From NCBI GenBank assembly GCA_038203565.1, contig JBBRDV010000004.1, positions 1-51,533 of the forward strand: DNA of 51,533 nucleotides, in the 5' to 3' direction. The DNA comes from Atribacterota bacterium. Lineage in GTDB: Bacteria; Atribacterota; Phoenicimicrobiia; Phoenicimicrobiales; Phoenicimicrobiaceae. Positions 28,438 to 38,450 of the stretch are shown piece after piece (within the stretch, counting starts at the first letter, position 1; every line of letters begins with the position of its first letter). The position numbers and the translations under genes are program-made. A model generated the notes under the pieces. It searched no databases and had not been told where the DNA came from. It was given only the letters and a program-made list of their open reading frames with translations.

Positions 28438-30852
28438 ATGATACAAACCATCAAAAAGAGAGAAGGCCAATTATTAGAATTTGATAAAAAGAAGATAACC
28501 GAAGCTATTTTTGCCGCCATGTTAACAGCAGGGGAAGATAATAAAACTGTATCAGAAAAAGTAACCGATCAGGTAATTATAAAATTAGAGAAAAGATTTA
28601 AGGATAAGATTCCTCAAGTGGAAGAAGTTCAGGATATAGTAGAAGAAACACTGATCCGAGAAGGAATGGTAAAAGTTGCTAAGGCATACATTTTATATCG
28701 AGATAAAAGAAGAAGAATTAGAGAAAGTGTAAAAGTTAGAAAAAAAATAAAAAATCACAAAAGTACAACCGATCTTTCCCTGTTGGTTTCCACTCCAGCT
28801 TCTGAGAATATTTTTCCTTGGGACAGAAAAAAAATTATTCAGGCCTTAGTTAAAGAGGCGGAGCTGCCTTTAAATGTTTCTATAAAGATAGCCAAAGCTG
28901 TAGAAAAAAATGTATTAGATGGAGGCTTAAGCGAGATCTCCACCTCCTTGATTAGAGAATTGGTTGACAATGAACTATTTATCAGAGGATATGAACATAA
29001 GTGGAGAAAACAAAAGATTATCGGAATGCCTACTTATGATTTAAAACAACTGTTTTTGTCCAAAAGTAAAGAAAATAGTAATATTGGAACCAATAACCCG
29101 GAAGCTATAAACTTGACTATTGCTGAAAATACCATCAAACAATATATGCTGCAGGAAGTTTTTTCCAAAGAAATAGCTGATGCTCATTTAAAAGGTTGGA
29201 TTCATATTCACGATTTGGGTTATCCACGAATTTATTGTTCCGGTCATTCTCTTGAATATTTAAAAAAATATGGACTAGAATTAGAAAATTTAGATACTTC
29301 TTCCGCCCCAGCTAAGTATACCAGAACTTTAACCGGACATTTAAACACTTTTCTGGCTTCCATGCAGGCCTATTATGCGGGCGCTTTAGGTATTGGTTAT
29401 TTAAATATCATGTATGCCCCTTTTTTGGTAAATTCATCCTTTAAAGAAATAAAACAAGAAGCCCAATATTTAATATTTAGCGGTTCGCAAAACGCCTTTT
29501 CAAGGGGAGGACAAAGTCTTTTCCTGGATTTCAATGTTCACCTCGGTATTCCCCACTATCTTAGAAATATACCGGCAATCGGACCGGGAGGGGAATATAC
29601 CGGAAAAACTTATGGAGAATACGAGAAAGAATCCCAACTATTTTTAAGGGCTTTGATGGAGGTTTGGAGAGAAGGGGATTATCACGGAAAAGTTTTTGCT
29701 TTTCCTAAAATGGACCTGCACATTGATAGCAAATCTTTCGAGGACCCAGAACAGAAAAAATTATTAAAATATGCCTGTGAAGTAGCTTCTGAGAACGGTT
29801 CACCTTATTTTATTTTTGATAGGGAAGATATGTGTTTGGCTGCTTGCTGCCGATTAAAAACAGAAATAACCGATCAAGAAATGATACAGTATCCGGAAAA
29901 GCTAAGATTTGCCGGAATACAAAATGTTACTATCAACCTTCCCCAATGCGCTTATAAAACTTTCCCTAACAACAATATTTCCGAATCTTCTTTTAATTTG
30001 AATGATGAAGATAATTTAAAATTATTTTTAGAGAAAATTGATCAGGCTTTATGTTTGGCGGTTGGAGCTCATTTACAGAAGAAAAAGTTTTTAGAGATGA
30101 TGATGGAAAGTCCCAGCGGACCTTTATGGCAGATAGGCAAGATAGCCCAGGATGGTAGACCTTACGTAAATTTAGATGAAGGAACTTACTTAATAGGATT
30201 AATCGGATTGAACGAAGCAGTCCAGCATATTACCGGTAAACAACTGCATGAAAGCGAAGACATTTTAAAGTTAGGGTTAAAAATTGTATCCTTTATGAGT
30301 TTAAAATGCAGAGAGTATAGTGAGAAGTTTAATTTAAAATTATCCTTAGAGGAATCTCCCGCCGAAAGCGCAGCAGGAAGGTTAGCTAAAATCGATTTAC
30401 AGGAATTTCCAGAGAGTAAAAAAGTTATAAAAGGAAATTCCAATGGAGACGAAAGTTATTATACTAATAGTATCCATTTTGCTGCTTCAGCACCGGTAGA
30501 TTTGATTACTCGAATTATTAAACAGAGTAAGTTCCATCCTTTAATAAAGAGCGGAGCGATTATTCATGCCTTTGTAGGAGAAAGTCGTCCTTCACCGGAG
30601 AGTATCTATAATTTAATTAAGAAAGTTTGGGAACATACTCAATGTTCCCAACTTACTATTTCGCCTGAGTTTACCATATGTAATACCTGTAGTGAAGTGA
30701 GCAGAGGATTACAGGAGAATTGTAATGGATGTGGGAGTGAAGATGTATATGGAGTAACCAGGATAGTGGGATATTATAGCAAAATAACTAACTGGAATAA
30801 AAATAAGATCGGTGAACTAAAAGACCGGCATTCCGGAAATTATAAAGTTTAA
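28438..30852 (+). CDS. nrdD: Anaerobic (class III) ribonucleoside-triphosphate reductase with two ATP cones
   Basis: HIHDL, YCSGH, ACCRL, ESPAES, YYTNS, CxxC...CxxC and the glycyl-radical RIVGY motif. Confidence 0.95.
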   Translation: MIQTIKKREGQLLEFDKKKITEAIFAAMLTAGEDNKTVSEKVTDQVIIKLEKRFKDKIPQVEEVQDIVEETLIREGMVKVAKAYILYRDKRRRIRESVKVRKKIKNHKSTTDLSLLVSTPASENIFPWDRKKIIQALVKEAELPLNVSIKIAKAVEKNVLDGGLSEISTSLIRELVDNELFIRGYEHKWRKQKIIGMPTYDLKQLFLSKSKENSNIGTNNPEAINLTIAENTIKQYMLQEVFSKEIADAHLKGWIHIHDLGYPRIYCSGHSLEYLKKYGLELENLDTSSAPAKYTRTLTGHLNTFLASMQAYYAGALGIGYLNIMYAPFLVNSSFKEIKQEAQYLIFSGSQNAFSRGGQSLFLDFNVHLGIPHYLRNIPAIGPGGEYTGKTYGEYEKESQLFLRALMEVWREGDYHGKVFAFPKMDLHIDSKSFEDPEQKKLLKYACEVASENGSPYFIFDREDMCLAACCRLKTEITDQEMIQYPEKLRFAGIQNVTINLPQCAYKTFPNNNISESSFNLNDEDNLKLFLEKIDQALCLAVGAHLQKKKFLEMMMESPSGPLWQIGKIAQDGRPYVNLDEGTYLIGLIGLNEAVQHITGKQLHESEDILKLGLKIVSFMSLKCREYSEKFNLKLSLEESPAESAAGRLAKIDLQEFPESKKVIKGNSNGDESYYTNSIHFAASAPVDLITRIIKQSKFHPLIKSGAIIHAFVGESRPSPESIYNLIKKVWEHTQCSQLTISPEFTICNTCSEVSRGLQENCNGCGSEDVYGVTRIVGYYSKITNWNKNKIGELKDRHSGNYKV

Positions 30853-30881
30853 AGAAAAATTTAGAAGAGAGTGAAAATACC

Positions 30882-31136
30882 ATGAAAATAAAAATATTCT
30901 GGCAAAAAAACTGTCCTCATTGTCCGGAAGCTAAAAAGCTGGGAAAACAATTGGAAAAAGAGACGGAGGTTCAATATTTTGATATAGATACGGCTGATGG
31001 TCTGGCGGAAGCAAGTTATTATGATATTGCATCCACTCCTTCAATAGTAATCGTAGATAATGAGGATAATGAGATCAAAATATGGAGAGGAAAGATCCCT
31101 CACTTGGAGGAGATTAGAGAGGAAGCAGCAATTTGA
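30882..31136 (+). CDS. Thioredoxin/NrdH-like redoxin
   Basis: CPHC motif and cis-Pro STP; lies between nrdD and nrdG. Confidence 0.85.
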   Translation: MKIKIFWQKNCPHCPEAKKLGKQLEKETEVQYFDIDTADGLAEASYYDIASTPSIVIVDNEDNEIKIWRGKIPHLEEIREEAAI

Positions 31137-31843
31137 ATATTACCATAAAGCAAATGATTGAAACCACTCTGATTGATTGGGAAGGGAAAATTGTTTCTAC
31201 TTTGTATCTCCCTTTATGTAATTTTAGATGTCCTTACTGCTATAATAGTGAATTAATATTGCGTCCGGATAATTTTAAAAACATTCCTCAAAAAGAAATA
31301 GACAGTTATCTCTTAGAGAGAAAAGATTTTATCGATGGTATATGTATGAGCGGAGGAGAACCCACCCTATACCCCGATTTACCTGTATATTTTAAAGGAA
31401 TAAAGGATAAAGGTTTTTTAATAAAGCTGGATACTAATGGTACTAATCCGAAATTACTAAAAAATCTCCTAGATTTTGATTTGGTGGATTATATTGCCCT
31501 GGATATTAAGTCATCATTAGATTTTGACAATTATTCTAAAGCCGCGGGTATTAAAGATAAGATGATGATGGAGAAGGTAAAAGACAGTATTGAATTAATA
31601 ATGAACTCAGAAATTGATTATGAATTTCGCACTACTGTCGTACCTTTATTACATTCCGAAGAGATTATTATGGAAATTGCCAGGTATATTACCGGGGCGA
31701 AAAAATATGTCTTACAAAATTTCTCTCCTTTAGAGAAGACCCTCGATCCTTCATATCAAAAGATAAAGCCCTATCCTAACGAAAAGATTCAAGAGCTATC
31801 GGAAAAAACTAAAAAATATGTTCCCAATTGTTGCTGGAGGTAG
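31133..31843 (+). CDS. nrdG: Anaerobic RNR activating enzyme (radical SAM)
   Basis: CNFRCPYC, SGGEPT, KLDTNG and YEFRTT motifs. Confidence 0.92.
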   Translation: MNITIKQMIETTLIDWEGKIVSTLYLPLCNFRCPYCYNSELILRPDNFKNIPQKEIDSYLLERKDFIDGICMSGGEPTLYPDLPVYFKGIKDKGFLIKLDTNGTNPKLLKNLLDFDLVDYIALDIKSSLDFDNYSKAAGIKDKMMMEKVKDSIELIMNSEIDYEFRTTVVPLLHSEEIIMEIARYITGAKKYVLQNFSPLEKTLDPSYQKIKPYPNEKIQELSEKTKKYVPNCCWR

Positions 31844-31867
31844 TAGGGGCAGACCTTGTGTCTGCCC
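31843..31867 (+). repeat. GTAG-type REP
   Basis: GTAGGGGCAGACCTTGTGTCTGCCC; GGGCAGAC/GTCTGCCC stem. Confidence 0.8.
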
Positions 31868-31919
31868 GTAGGATTATATATATAAGCATTAAAAAATATT
31901 ATTAAAGAGTAGAGATAAT

Positions 31920-32747
31920 TTGAACCAGGATTTTGAATTAAAAGAACTTGGACAAATAAAATATTTCAACTGTAGTGGATTGGACAACACCAACTTAGTA
32001 ATAAATGCTTTTACTGCTCGAACGGGTGGGGTAAGCAGAACCCCCTTTGACAACCTTAATTTATCCTATAATGTAGGCGATGAAGAAAACTGCGTAGCAG
32101 AAAACAGAAAAATAATTTTAGATGCTTTAAGCATTGATTATCGAACCGCGGTTACTGCCCAGCAAGTCCACAAAGATAAAATAAGCTTAGTAAGAAAAGA
32201 AGATAAGGGAAAGGGAGCCTTTAAATATTCCAAGGGAATTGCACAAACCGATGCCTTTATTACAGATACCCCCGGTATACCTCTTATAATGTGTTATGCT
32301 GATTGTGTACCTATTTTTATTTTAGACCCTGTTAAAAAAGCTATTGCCTTGATTCATAGTGGAAGAAAGGGAACAGAATTGGAATTAACCTTAAAAACTT
32401 TGTTTAAGATGGAAAAAATTTTTAAGACCAATCCCCACTCCTGCTTAGCTGCCATTTTTCCCTCCATTGGTCCCTGCTGTTATAACTTTAAAGAGCAAGA
32501 TAAAATTAATGATTATTGGCTAAATGAAGCTAAGTACAATGGTGAACCAATTTCCCTGCAAAATAAGAACGGCAGGAACCTTGATTTAAGAAAAGCAAAC
32601 TATGGGCAATTGATTAAAGGAGGAGTAGAGGAAAAGAATATTTTTGTTAACGAAATTTGTACGGCAGATCATCCTGAACTTTTCTTTTCCTACCGAAGAG
32701 ATAAAGGAAATACCGGCCGTATGGCTGCCATCTTTATGTTAAAGTAA
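31920..32747 (+). CDS. pgeF: Peptidoglycan editing factor PgeF / YfiH family
   Basis: QQVH, YADCVP, HSG, SIGPCCY and FFSYRR...GRM motifs. Confidence 0.92.
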   Translation: MNQDFELKELGQIKYFNCSGLDNTNLVINAFTARTGGVSRTPFDNLNLSYNVGDEENCVAENRKIILDALSIDYRTAVTAQQVHKDKISLVRKEDKGKGAFKYSKGIAQTDAFITDTPGIPLIMCYADCVPIFILDPVKKAIALIHSGRKGTELELTLKTLFKMEKIFKTNPHSCLAAIFPSIGPCCYNFKEQDKINDYWLNEAKYNGEPISLQNKNGRNLDLRKANYGQLIKGGVEEKNIFVNEICTADHPELFFSYRRDKGNTGRMAAIFMLK

Positions 32748-32791
32748 AATTTTAGATTATTACAATCATATTAAAATAACGGGAGGAAGGT

Positions 32792-33097
32792 ATGCGGATA
32801 AATGAGCATCCCATTTTGGAATTTAATCAAAAGGAAAAAATAAAATTCACTTTAGACGGGAAAGAATTAGAAGGCTATAAGGGTGAGCCTATTGCTTCTG
32901 CCCTGGTGGCTGCTGGAATAAAGGTATTAAGCAGAAGCATTAAATATAAACGCCCCAGAGGATTTTTTTGTGCCATAGGAAAATGTTCAGCTTGCCTGAT
33001 GAAAGTAAACGGCGTCCCCAATATCAGAACCTGTGTAACTAAATTGGAAGAGGGAATGAGAGTAGAGACTCAAAAAGGAAAAGGTGATTTCAATTGA
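32792..33097 (+). CDS. 2Fe-2S subunit (sarcosine oxidase alpha N-terminal / HcnA-like)
   Basis: RPRGFFCAIGKCSAC...RTC. Confidence 0.85.
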   Translation: MRINEHPILEFNQKEKIKFTLDGKELEGYKGEPIASALVAAGIKVLSRSIKYKRPRGFFCAIGKCSACLMKVNGVPNIRTCVTKLEEGMRVETQKGKGDFN

Positions 33098-34194
33098 AAA
33101 TAACTGATATAGCCATTATTGGCGGGGGTCCGGCAGGATTATCGGCAGCAATCTATGCTGCTTCCCTGGGGGCAAAAGTAACTCTTGTTGACGATGGTTT
33201 AGAATTAGGCGGACAGTTAATTAAACAAACCCATAAATTTTTTGGTTCCGAAAAACAGTTTGCCGGGATCAGAGGCATAGAAATTGCCGAAAAGATGATA
33301 CAGGATATTAAAGAATATGATGATATTGAGGTAATCGCTAATGCTACAGTCACCGGCTATTATGAAGATGAGGTCATTACCATTGTCCAGGGAGTGAATG
33401 GTGATATATTGAAAAAACTAAAGGCCAAAAGAATTATTATAGCTACCGGGGCCTCAGAGAATATGCTGCCTTTTGTAAACAACGACTTGCCCGGAGTTTA
33501 TGGTGCCGGGGCGGTGCAGACCTTAATGAATCTTTACGGCGTAGTCCCGGGTAATAATATTTTAATGGTCGGGGCAGGCAATATCGGCCTGATTGTGAGC
33601 TATCAGCTCCTGCAAGCCGGGATCAAGGTAGAGGCAATAGTGGAAGCTCTTCCCAAGATAGGCGGATATCTGGTGCATGCCTCCAAGATTAGACGTTTGG
33701 GAATACCTATCTATACTTCTCATACTCTAAAAGAAGTGTACGGTACGGATTGTGTAGAAAGAGCAGTAATTTCTGAAATCAATCGAAATTTTGAATTTAT
33801 TCCAGGGACAGAAAAAGAACTTGAGGTGGATACTATCTGCCTGGCGGTAGGTTTATCTCCACTCTCTGACCTGCTCTGGCAGGCTGGCTGTCAGATGAAA
33901 TATGTTCCTGAGCTTTGCGGCTATGTGGCCTTAAGAGATGATAATATGAAAACTACTAAAGATAAAATCTATATTGCCGGAGATGTAGCCGGTATCGAAG
34001 AGGCCAGCAGTGCCATGTTGGAAGGTCAAATTGCCGGTTTGAATACCGCGGTAAGCTTAGGATATAAATGTGATAATTATCAAGAGCAAGATAAAAAATT
34101 AAAAGTAGAATTAAAAGAATTGAGAGACAACCCTTTAAGTGAAGAGATAAAGAGAGGCATAGAAAAAGCCTTAATAAAGGAGGGGAGGGATTAA
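33094..34194 (+). CDS. FAD/NAD(P)-dependent oxidoreductase (proline dehydrogenase / sarcosine oxidase alpha-like)
   Basis: GGGPAG, GGQL, IATGA, GAGNIG and IAGD motifs. Confidence 0.85.
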   Translation: MKITDIAIIGGGPAGLSAAIYAASLGAKVTLVDDGLELGGQLIKQTHKFFGSEKQFAGIRGIEIAEKMIQDIKEYDDIEVIANATVTGYYEDEVITIVQGVNGDILKKLKAKRIIIATGASENMLPFVNNDLPGVYGAGAVQTLMNLYGVVPGNNILMVGAGNIGLIVSYQLLQAGIKVEAIVEALPKIGGYLVHASKIRRLGIPIYTSHTLKEVYGTDCVERAVISEINRNFEFIPGTEKELEVDTICLAVGLSPLSDLLWQAGCQMKYVPELCGYVALRDDNMKTTKDKIYIAGDVAGIEEASSAMLEGQIAGLNTAVSLGYKCDNYQEQDKKLKVELKELRDNPLSEEIKRGIEKALIKEGRD

Positions 34195-34196
34195 CT

Positions 34197-34694
34197 ATGT
34201 TAGAAAGAACCGGCATACCGACCGATGATGATTTGGAAAAAGTAATTCCGGATAAAAAAAGATTAGCTAAAGGCCCGGTAGTCATCATAGAATGCTTTCA
34301 GAAAATACCCTGCGACCCTTGTGCCGCATCCTGTAAGTTTGGAGCGATAAAACCTTTTAAAGATATAAACGACTTACCTCAGGTCGATTTTGATAAGTGT
34401 ACCGGCTGCGGGATCTGTATCAGTTCCTGCCCCGGTCTGGCCATATTTGTAATAGATATGAATTATTCAGAGGAAAAATCCTTAATCAAGTTACCCCATG
34501 AAATGCTGCCTCTACCGGAAAAAGGAGAAGATGTTTATGCTTTAGACAGAGCAGGTGGTATACTGGGTAAAGCGAAAGTAGTAAGGGTCTTAAAGATTAA
34601 AAACAAAACTAACATAATTTCCCTGGAGGTCCCTAAAAGTATGGCTATGAAAGTAAGAAGCATAAAAGTGGAGGACAAAACCAATGAAAGATGA
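34197..34694 (+). CDS. 4Fe-4S ferredoxin-type subunit
   Basis: C...IPCDPCAASC and CTGCGICISSCP. Confidence 0.85.
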   Translation: MLERTGIPTDDDLEKVIPDKKRLAKGPVVIIECFQKIPCDPCAASCKFGAIKPFKDINDLPQVDFDKCTGCGICISSCPGLAIFVIDMNYSEEKSLIKLPHEMLPLPEKGEDVYALDRAGGILGKAKVVRVLKIKNKTNIISLEVPKSMAMKVRSIKVEDKTNER

Positions 34695-34956
34695 GATCAT
34701 AATTTGCCGATGTGAAGATATCACCTGGGGAGAAATCAGGCAGGTGTTAGAAAAAGGCTATACCACCCTTGATGAGATTAAAAGGATTACCCGGGCGGGA
34801 ATGGGAAGATGCCAGGGTAGCACTTGCCACAGGATTATACTAAGGGAGATCGCTAAGTTTTGTCATAAGAAGATAGAAGAAGTAGCCGTACCAACCTTTA
34901 GACCGCCCGCCAAGCCGGTAAAATTGGGCACTCTGGCAGGGGATGATGATGATTAA
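34684..34956 (+). CDS. BFD-like 2Fe-2S subunit
   Basis: ICRCEDI...GMGRCQGSTC...RPP. Confidence 0.85.
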   Translation: MKDEIIICRCEDITWGEIRQVLEKGYTTLDEIKRITRAGMGRCQGSTCHRIILREIAKFCHKKIEEVAVPTFRPPAKPVKLGTLAGDDDD

Positions 34957-36091
34957 GAAAGCAGATATTGTTATTATTGGTGGAGGGGTAGTTGGCTGCA
35001 GTATCGCTTATAATTTAGCTAAATTGGGAGCTAAAAATATAATATTATTGGAAAAAAATACTCTAGCCAGTGGTGCTACCGGTAGGTGTGCAGCAGGAAT
35101 CAGACAGCAGTTTGGGACTGAGATGAACTGTATCCTGGCTCGGGAGAGTATAAAAATATTCGAGAATTTAAGTCAAGAACTGGATTATGATATCGAACTG
35201 AATCAAGGCGGATATCTTATGCTGGCTTATACCGAAAAAGAAGTTAATCAGTTTAAGAAAAATGTAGCTTTAGAACAATCATTGGGTATTGATGCCAGAT
35301 TCATCACCGTGGAAGAGGCCAAAGAGATTGTACCTCCTTTAAATACGGAAGGGGTATTGGCCGCAACCTTCTGTCCTAGCGATGGTCATGCCAATCCCTT
35401 TAATACAAATTTTGCTTATGCGGAGGCTGCTCAAAGGTTAGGAGTAAAGATACACAATTTTACTGAAGTAAAAGAAATTAAAACCGAAAATAATAGGATA
35501 GTTTCAGTCAGTACAGACCGGGGAGAAATGCTCACTCCTATTGTAATCAATGCCGCCGGTGGTTATTCGGGAGAAATAGGGAAAATGGCAGGAGTGGAAA
35601 TACCGGTATATTCCCAAAGGCATCAAATTTTAATCACTGAACCGGTTGACCCTCTATTTAAGCCGATGCTGCTGTCCTTCTCTGGTAATTTTTACTGTCA
35701 GCAGACCCCTCACGGGAGTATCATTATGGGCTTTGGTGGCCCCGATGAACCCAAAGGTCACGATATAGGTTCAAGCTGGCAGTTTGCCCGGGAGATGGCT
35801 CAAAAGATGACCGCGGTTGTTCCTTTATTAAAAGAAGTGAGTATGGTAAGACAATGGTCAGGCCTATATAACATGAGCCCTGATTCTCAACCAATCCTAG
35901 GTGAACATCCCCAGGTAAACGGCTTTTATCTGGCAGTAGGTTACAGCGGTCATGGATTTATGCTGGCTCCTGTAGTCAGCCGGCTTATGGCAGAGTTAAT
36001 ACTTAAGGGGCAGACTTCTATTCCCATCGATAAATTAGATATAGGCAGATTTGAACGGGGTGAACTGATTATCGAACCCTCGGTGGTTTAA
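34943..36091 (+). CDS. DAO-family FAD oxidoreductase (sarcosine oxidase beta / dye-linked L-proline dehydrogenase beta-like)
   Basis: IIGGGVVG, SGATGRCAAGIR, SPDSQPILG and GYSGHGFM motifs. Confidence 0.88.
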   Translation: MMMIKKADIVIIGGGVVGCSIAYNLAKLGAKNIILLEKNTLASGATGRCAAGIRQQFGTEMNCILARESIKIFENLSQELDYDIELNQGGYLMLAYTEKEVNQFKKNVALEQSLGIDARFITVEEAKEIVPPLNTEGVLAATFCPSDGHANPFNTNFAYAEAAQRLGVKIHNFTEVKEIKTENNRIVSVSTDRGEMLTPIVINAAGGYSGEIGKMAGVEIPVYSQRHQILITEPVDPLFKPMLLSFSGNFYCQQTPHGSIIMGFGGPDEPKGHDIGSSWQFAREMAQKMTAVVPLLKEVSMVRQWSGLYNMSPDSQPILGEHPQVNGFYLAVGYSGHGFMLAPVVSRLMAELILKGQTSIPIDKLDIGRFERGELIIEPSVV

Positions 36092-36110
36092 AGAAATAAA
36101 GAATAGATAA

Positions 36111-36193
36111 AGGGGTCAGGTCTCAACATTTGACATAACTTGTCCCTAAAAAAATGCTTAGGATGTTATGTCAAATGTTGAGACCTGACCCCT
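36111..36193. mobile_element. 83-bp miniature inverted-repeat element with GGGGTCA ends
   Basis: Perfect 29-bp inverted repeat AGGGGTCAGGTCTCAACATTTGACATAAC with a 25-nt spacer; no coding capacity. Confidence 0.7.
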
Positions 36194-36335
36194 GCTACCG
36201 ATTACAGAAAAAAAGGAGGTGAAGGGATTTATTAAGTAATTGTAGAATAGAAGTTAATTCTAAATGTTATGGCTAGATGATTTACTAAAATAACTGTTTT
36301 TGATTTATTTAAAAAAAATTAAAGGAGAATTAGAA

Positions 36336-37502
36336 ATGAAAAGAATTAAATTATTGTTAGGTTGTAGCGTATTAGTATTAGTACTATGTATATCTTTATT
36401 TGGAGTGATGGCTGCCGATAAGCCGCCGGTGGTCATTGGTCTTCAAGCTCCAATTACTGGTGCAGCAGCAATTGAAGGTGAAATGGCTAAACAATCTGTG
36501 GAGATTGCTGCCCAAATGATCAATGAAAAGGGTGGAATTTTAGGCGGTAGAATGATTGAAATTAGAATTGCAGATGATGCTTGCCAGCCAAAGGCGGGAG
36601 CTTTAGCAGCAATGAAATTAATAACTCAAAAGGATGTAGTTGCTGCCATTCAAACCTACGGTTCCTCTGTCACCCAACCAGGTTCTGATATATATGAAAA
36701 ATTTAAAAAAGTAAATATTGCTTATGGTGCAACGGTTACCGGTCTTACCGAAAGAGGATTAAAGTATTTCTTCCGTACTTGTGGAAGAACCGATACTCAA
36801 GGTGCATTTTTTGCAGATGAAGTCGTACCTCTTTTTAAGGCCAAAAAAATAGCCATTATGCATGATAACCAGACCTTCTCTTTAGGGCTTGCTGAAGATA
36901 CTAAAAAAGCTTTGCAACCTAAGATAGATGCCGGAGAAGTAAAATTAGTCTACTTTGATGCAATTACTCCCGGAGAATCTGATTATACTGTTCCTCTGAC
37001 TAAATTAAGAGAAACCAATCCGGATATATTCTATTTTACCGGCTATTTCCCGGAAGCAGGATTAATAATCAGACAAGCTCGTGATATCGGAATTACGGCA
37101 GTATTTGTAGGCGGAGATGCGGCCATCAATGAAGATTTCATTAATATTGCCGGTTTAGAGTATGCTGCAGGTTGTTATCAAACCCAGGAAGCTTTAATCG
37201 AATATTTTACCAATCCTGAAGCAATGGCATTTAAAGAAGCTTATAAGGCAAAATATAATACTCTTCCATCCAGCCCCTGGTCAGTCTATGCTGCCGATGC
37301 TCTCTGGGTACTTGCAGAAGCTATCGATAAATCTGGTTCTACCGATTCAGATGTCATTGCTGATTATCTGAGAAATAAAATGGAGAACTTCCCCAGTATT
37401 ACCGGCCCAATAGGTTTTGATGAAATTGGTGACCGTGTAGGAACCGGAATTAATCTTTATGTAGTAAATGCAGATGGAAGTTTCGGAATTTACGGAAAAT
37501 AA
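36336..37502 (+). CDS. livK: Branched-chain amino acid-type ABC transporter substrate-binding protein
   Basis: Signal peptide, PITG..A..G, INEKGGILG and DDACQP. ATG at 36336 follows AAGGAG. Confidence 0.88.
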   Translation: MKRIKLLLGCSVLVLVLCISLFGVMAADKPPVVIGLQAPITGAAAIEGEMAKQSVEIAAQMINEKGGILGGRMIEIRIADDACQPKAGALAAMKLITQKDVVAAIQTYGSSVTQPGSDIYEKFKKVNIAYGATVTGLTERGLKYFFRTCGRTDTQGAFFADEVVPLFKAKKIAIMHDNQTFSLGLAEDTKKALQPKIDAGEVKLVYFDAITPGESDYTVPLTKLRETNPDIFYFTGYFPEAGLIIRQARDIGITAVFVGGDAAINEDFINIAGLEYAAGCYQTQEALIEYFTNPEAMAFKEAYKAKYNTLPSSPWSVYAADALWVLAEAIDKSGSTDSDVIADYLRNKMENFPSITGPIGFDEIGDRVGTGINLYVVNADGSFGIYGK

Positions 37503-37526
37503 AATAAAACGAGGTAAAATACGAAG

Positions 37527-38438
37527 ATGAAAATTATTTTAGAGCAGTTACTTAACGGATTGACCATAGGCTCATTTTATGCTCTTATTGCTCTCGGTTA
37601 TTCCATGGTATACGGGGTAATGAAGTTGATTAACTTTGCACATGGAGATTTATTTGCCCTGGGTTCTTATCTTGGATATACCCTTCTCGTATTTGGCTCT
37701 ACCTATGTTACCGTTACCTTTGGTATATGGGGCGGCATGATTGCGGCTATGTTAATAGCCGCAATCGGCATAGGAATTGCCGGTACTCTAATAGAGCGAA
37801 TTGCCTATCGTCCAATATATTCAGTAGGCCGGCTTCCCGCAGTGGTTTCTGCATTAGGTGCTTCAATTGTTATACAAAATGGGATAATGGTTGTTTGGGG
37901 TCCGCGTCCGCAAGCTTATCCCTCACAGGTTGTCCCTTCGGTTATGTTAAATATTGGAGGAATTAAAATTACTTTACTCCAGGTTATAATTTTAGCGATT
38001 TCTTTTGTACTTATGGGACTTTTATATTACATTGTTCAAAAGACCACCTTTGGCGCAGCTATCCGTGCTTGTGCTTTGGATAGAGATACTGCCGCTTTAA
38101 TGGGGATAAATATTGAAACAATTATATTTTTTATTTTTGCCTTAGGTCCGGCTTTAGGAGGAATGGCAGGGGTAATGGTTGGAATGTATTACCGAAAAAT
38201 TAGTTTTACTATGGGATGGAATTATGGATTAAAAGCCTTTACTGCTACTATCCTGGGGGGTATCGGTAATATCCCTGGTGCAATGCTGGGCGGGCTTCTC
38301 CTGGGAGTATTGGAAATGTTAGGTTCCACCTACATTTCTACTGCCTATAAGGATGTGTTTGTATTTTTAGTGTTAATATTAGTATTAATTTTTCGCCCCA
38401 GAGGTCTTTTGGGTGAAAAAGTTGCAGAAAAAGTGTAA
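37527..38438 (+). CDS. livH: LIV-type ABC permease
   Basis: NGLTIGSFYALIALGYSMVYG...INFAHG and RPRGLLG. Confidence 0.92.
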   Translation: MKIILEQLLNGLTIGSFYALIALGYSMVYGVMKLINFAHGDLFALGSYLGYTLLVFGSTYVTVTFGIWGGMIAAMLIAAIGIGIAGTLIERIAYRPIYSVGRLPAVVSALGASIVIQNGIMVVWGPRPQAYPSQVVPSVMLNIGGIKITLLQVIILAISFVLMGLLYYIVQKTTFGAAIRACALDRDTAALMGINIETIIFFIFALGPALGGMAGVMVGMYYRKISFTMGWNYGLKAFTATILGGIGNIPGAMLGGLLLGVLEMLGSTYISTAYKDVFVFLVLILVLIFRPRGLLGEKVAEKV

Positions 38439-38450
38439 AGGGGCGAAAAT

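Noticed and set aside
32792-36091. Hydrogen cyanide synthase HcnABC call
   Set aside because: The folds are shared, but the extra 4Fe-4S subunit, split architecture and linked amino acid importer fit a catabolic dehydrogenase better. The substrate cannot be fixed from sequence.
36211-36223. Perfect Shine-Dalgarno AAAGGAGGTGA suggesting a leader peptide before livK
   Set aside because: No ATG, GTG or TTG at a usable distance, and stops follow quickly.
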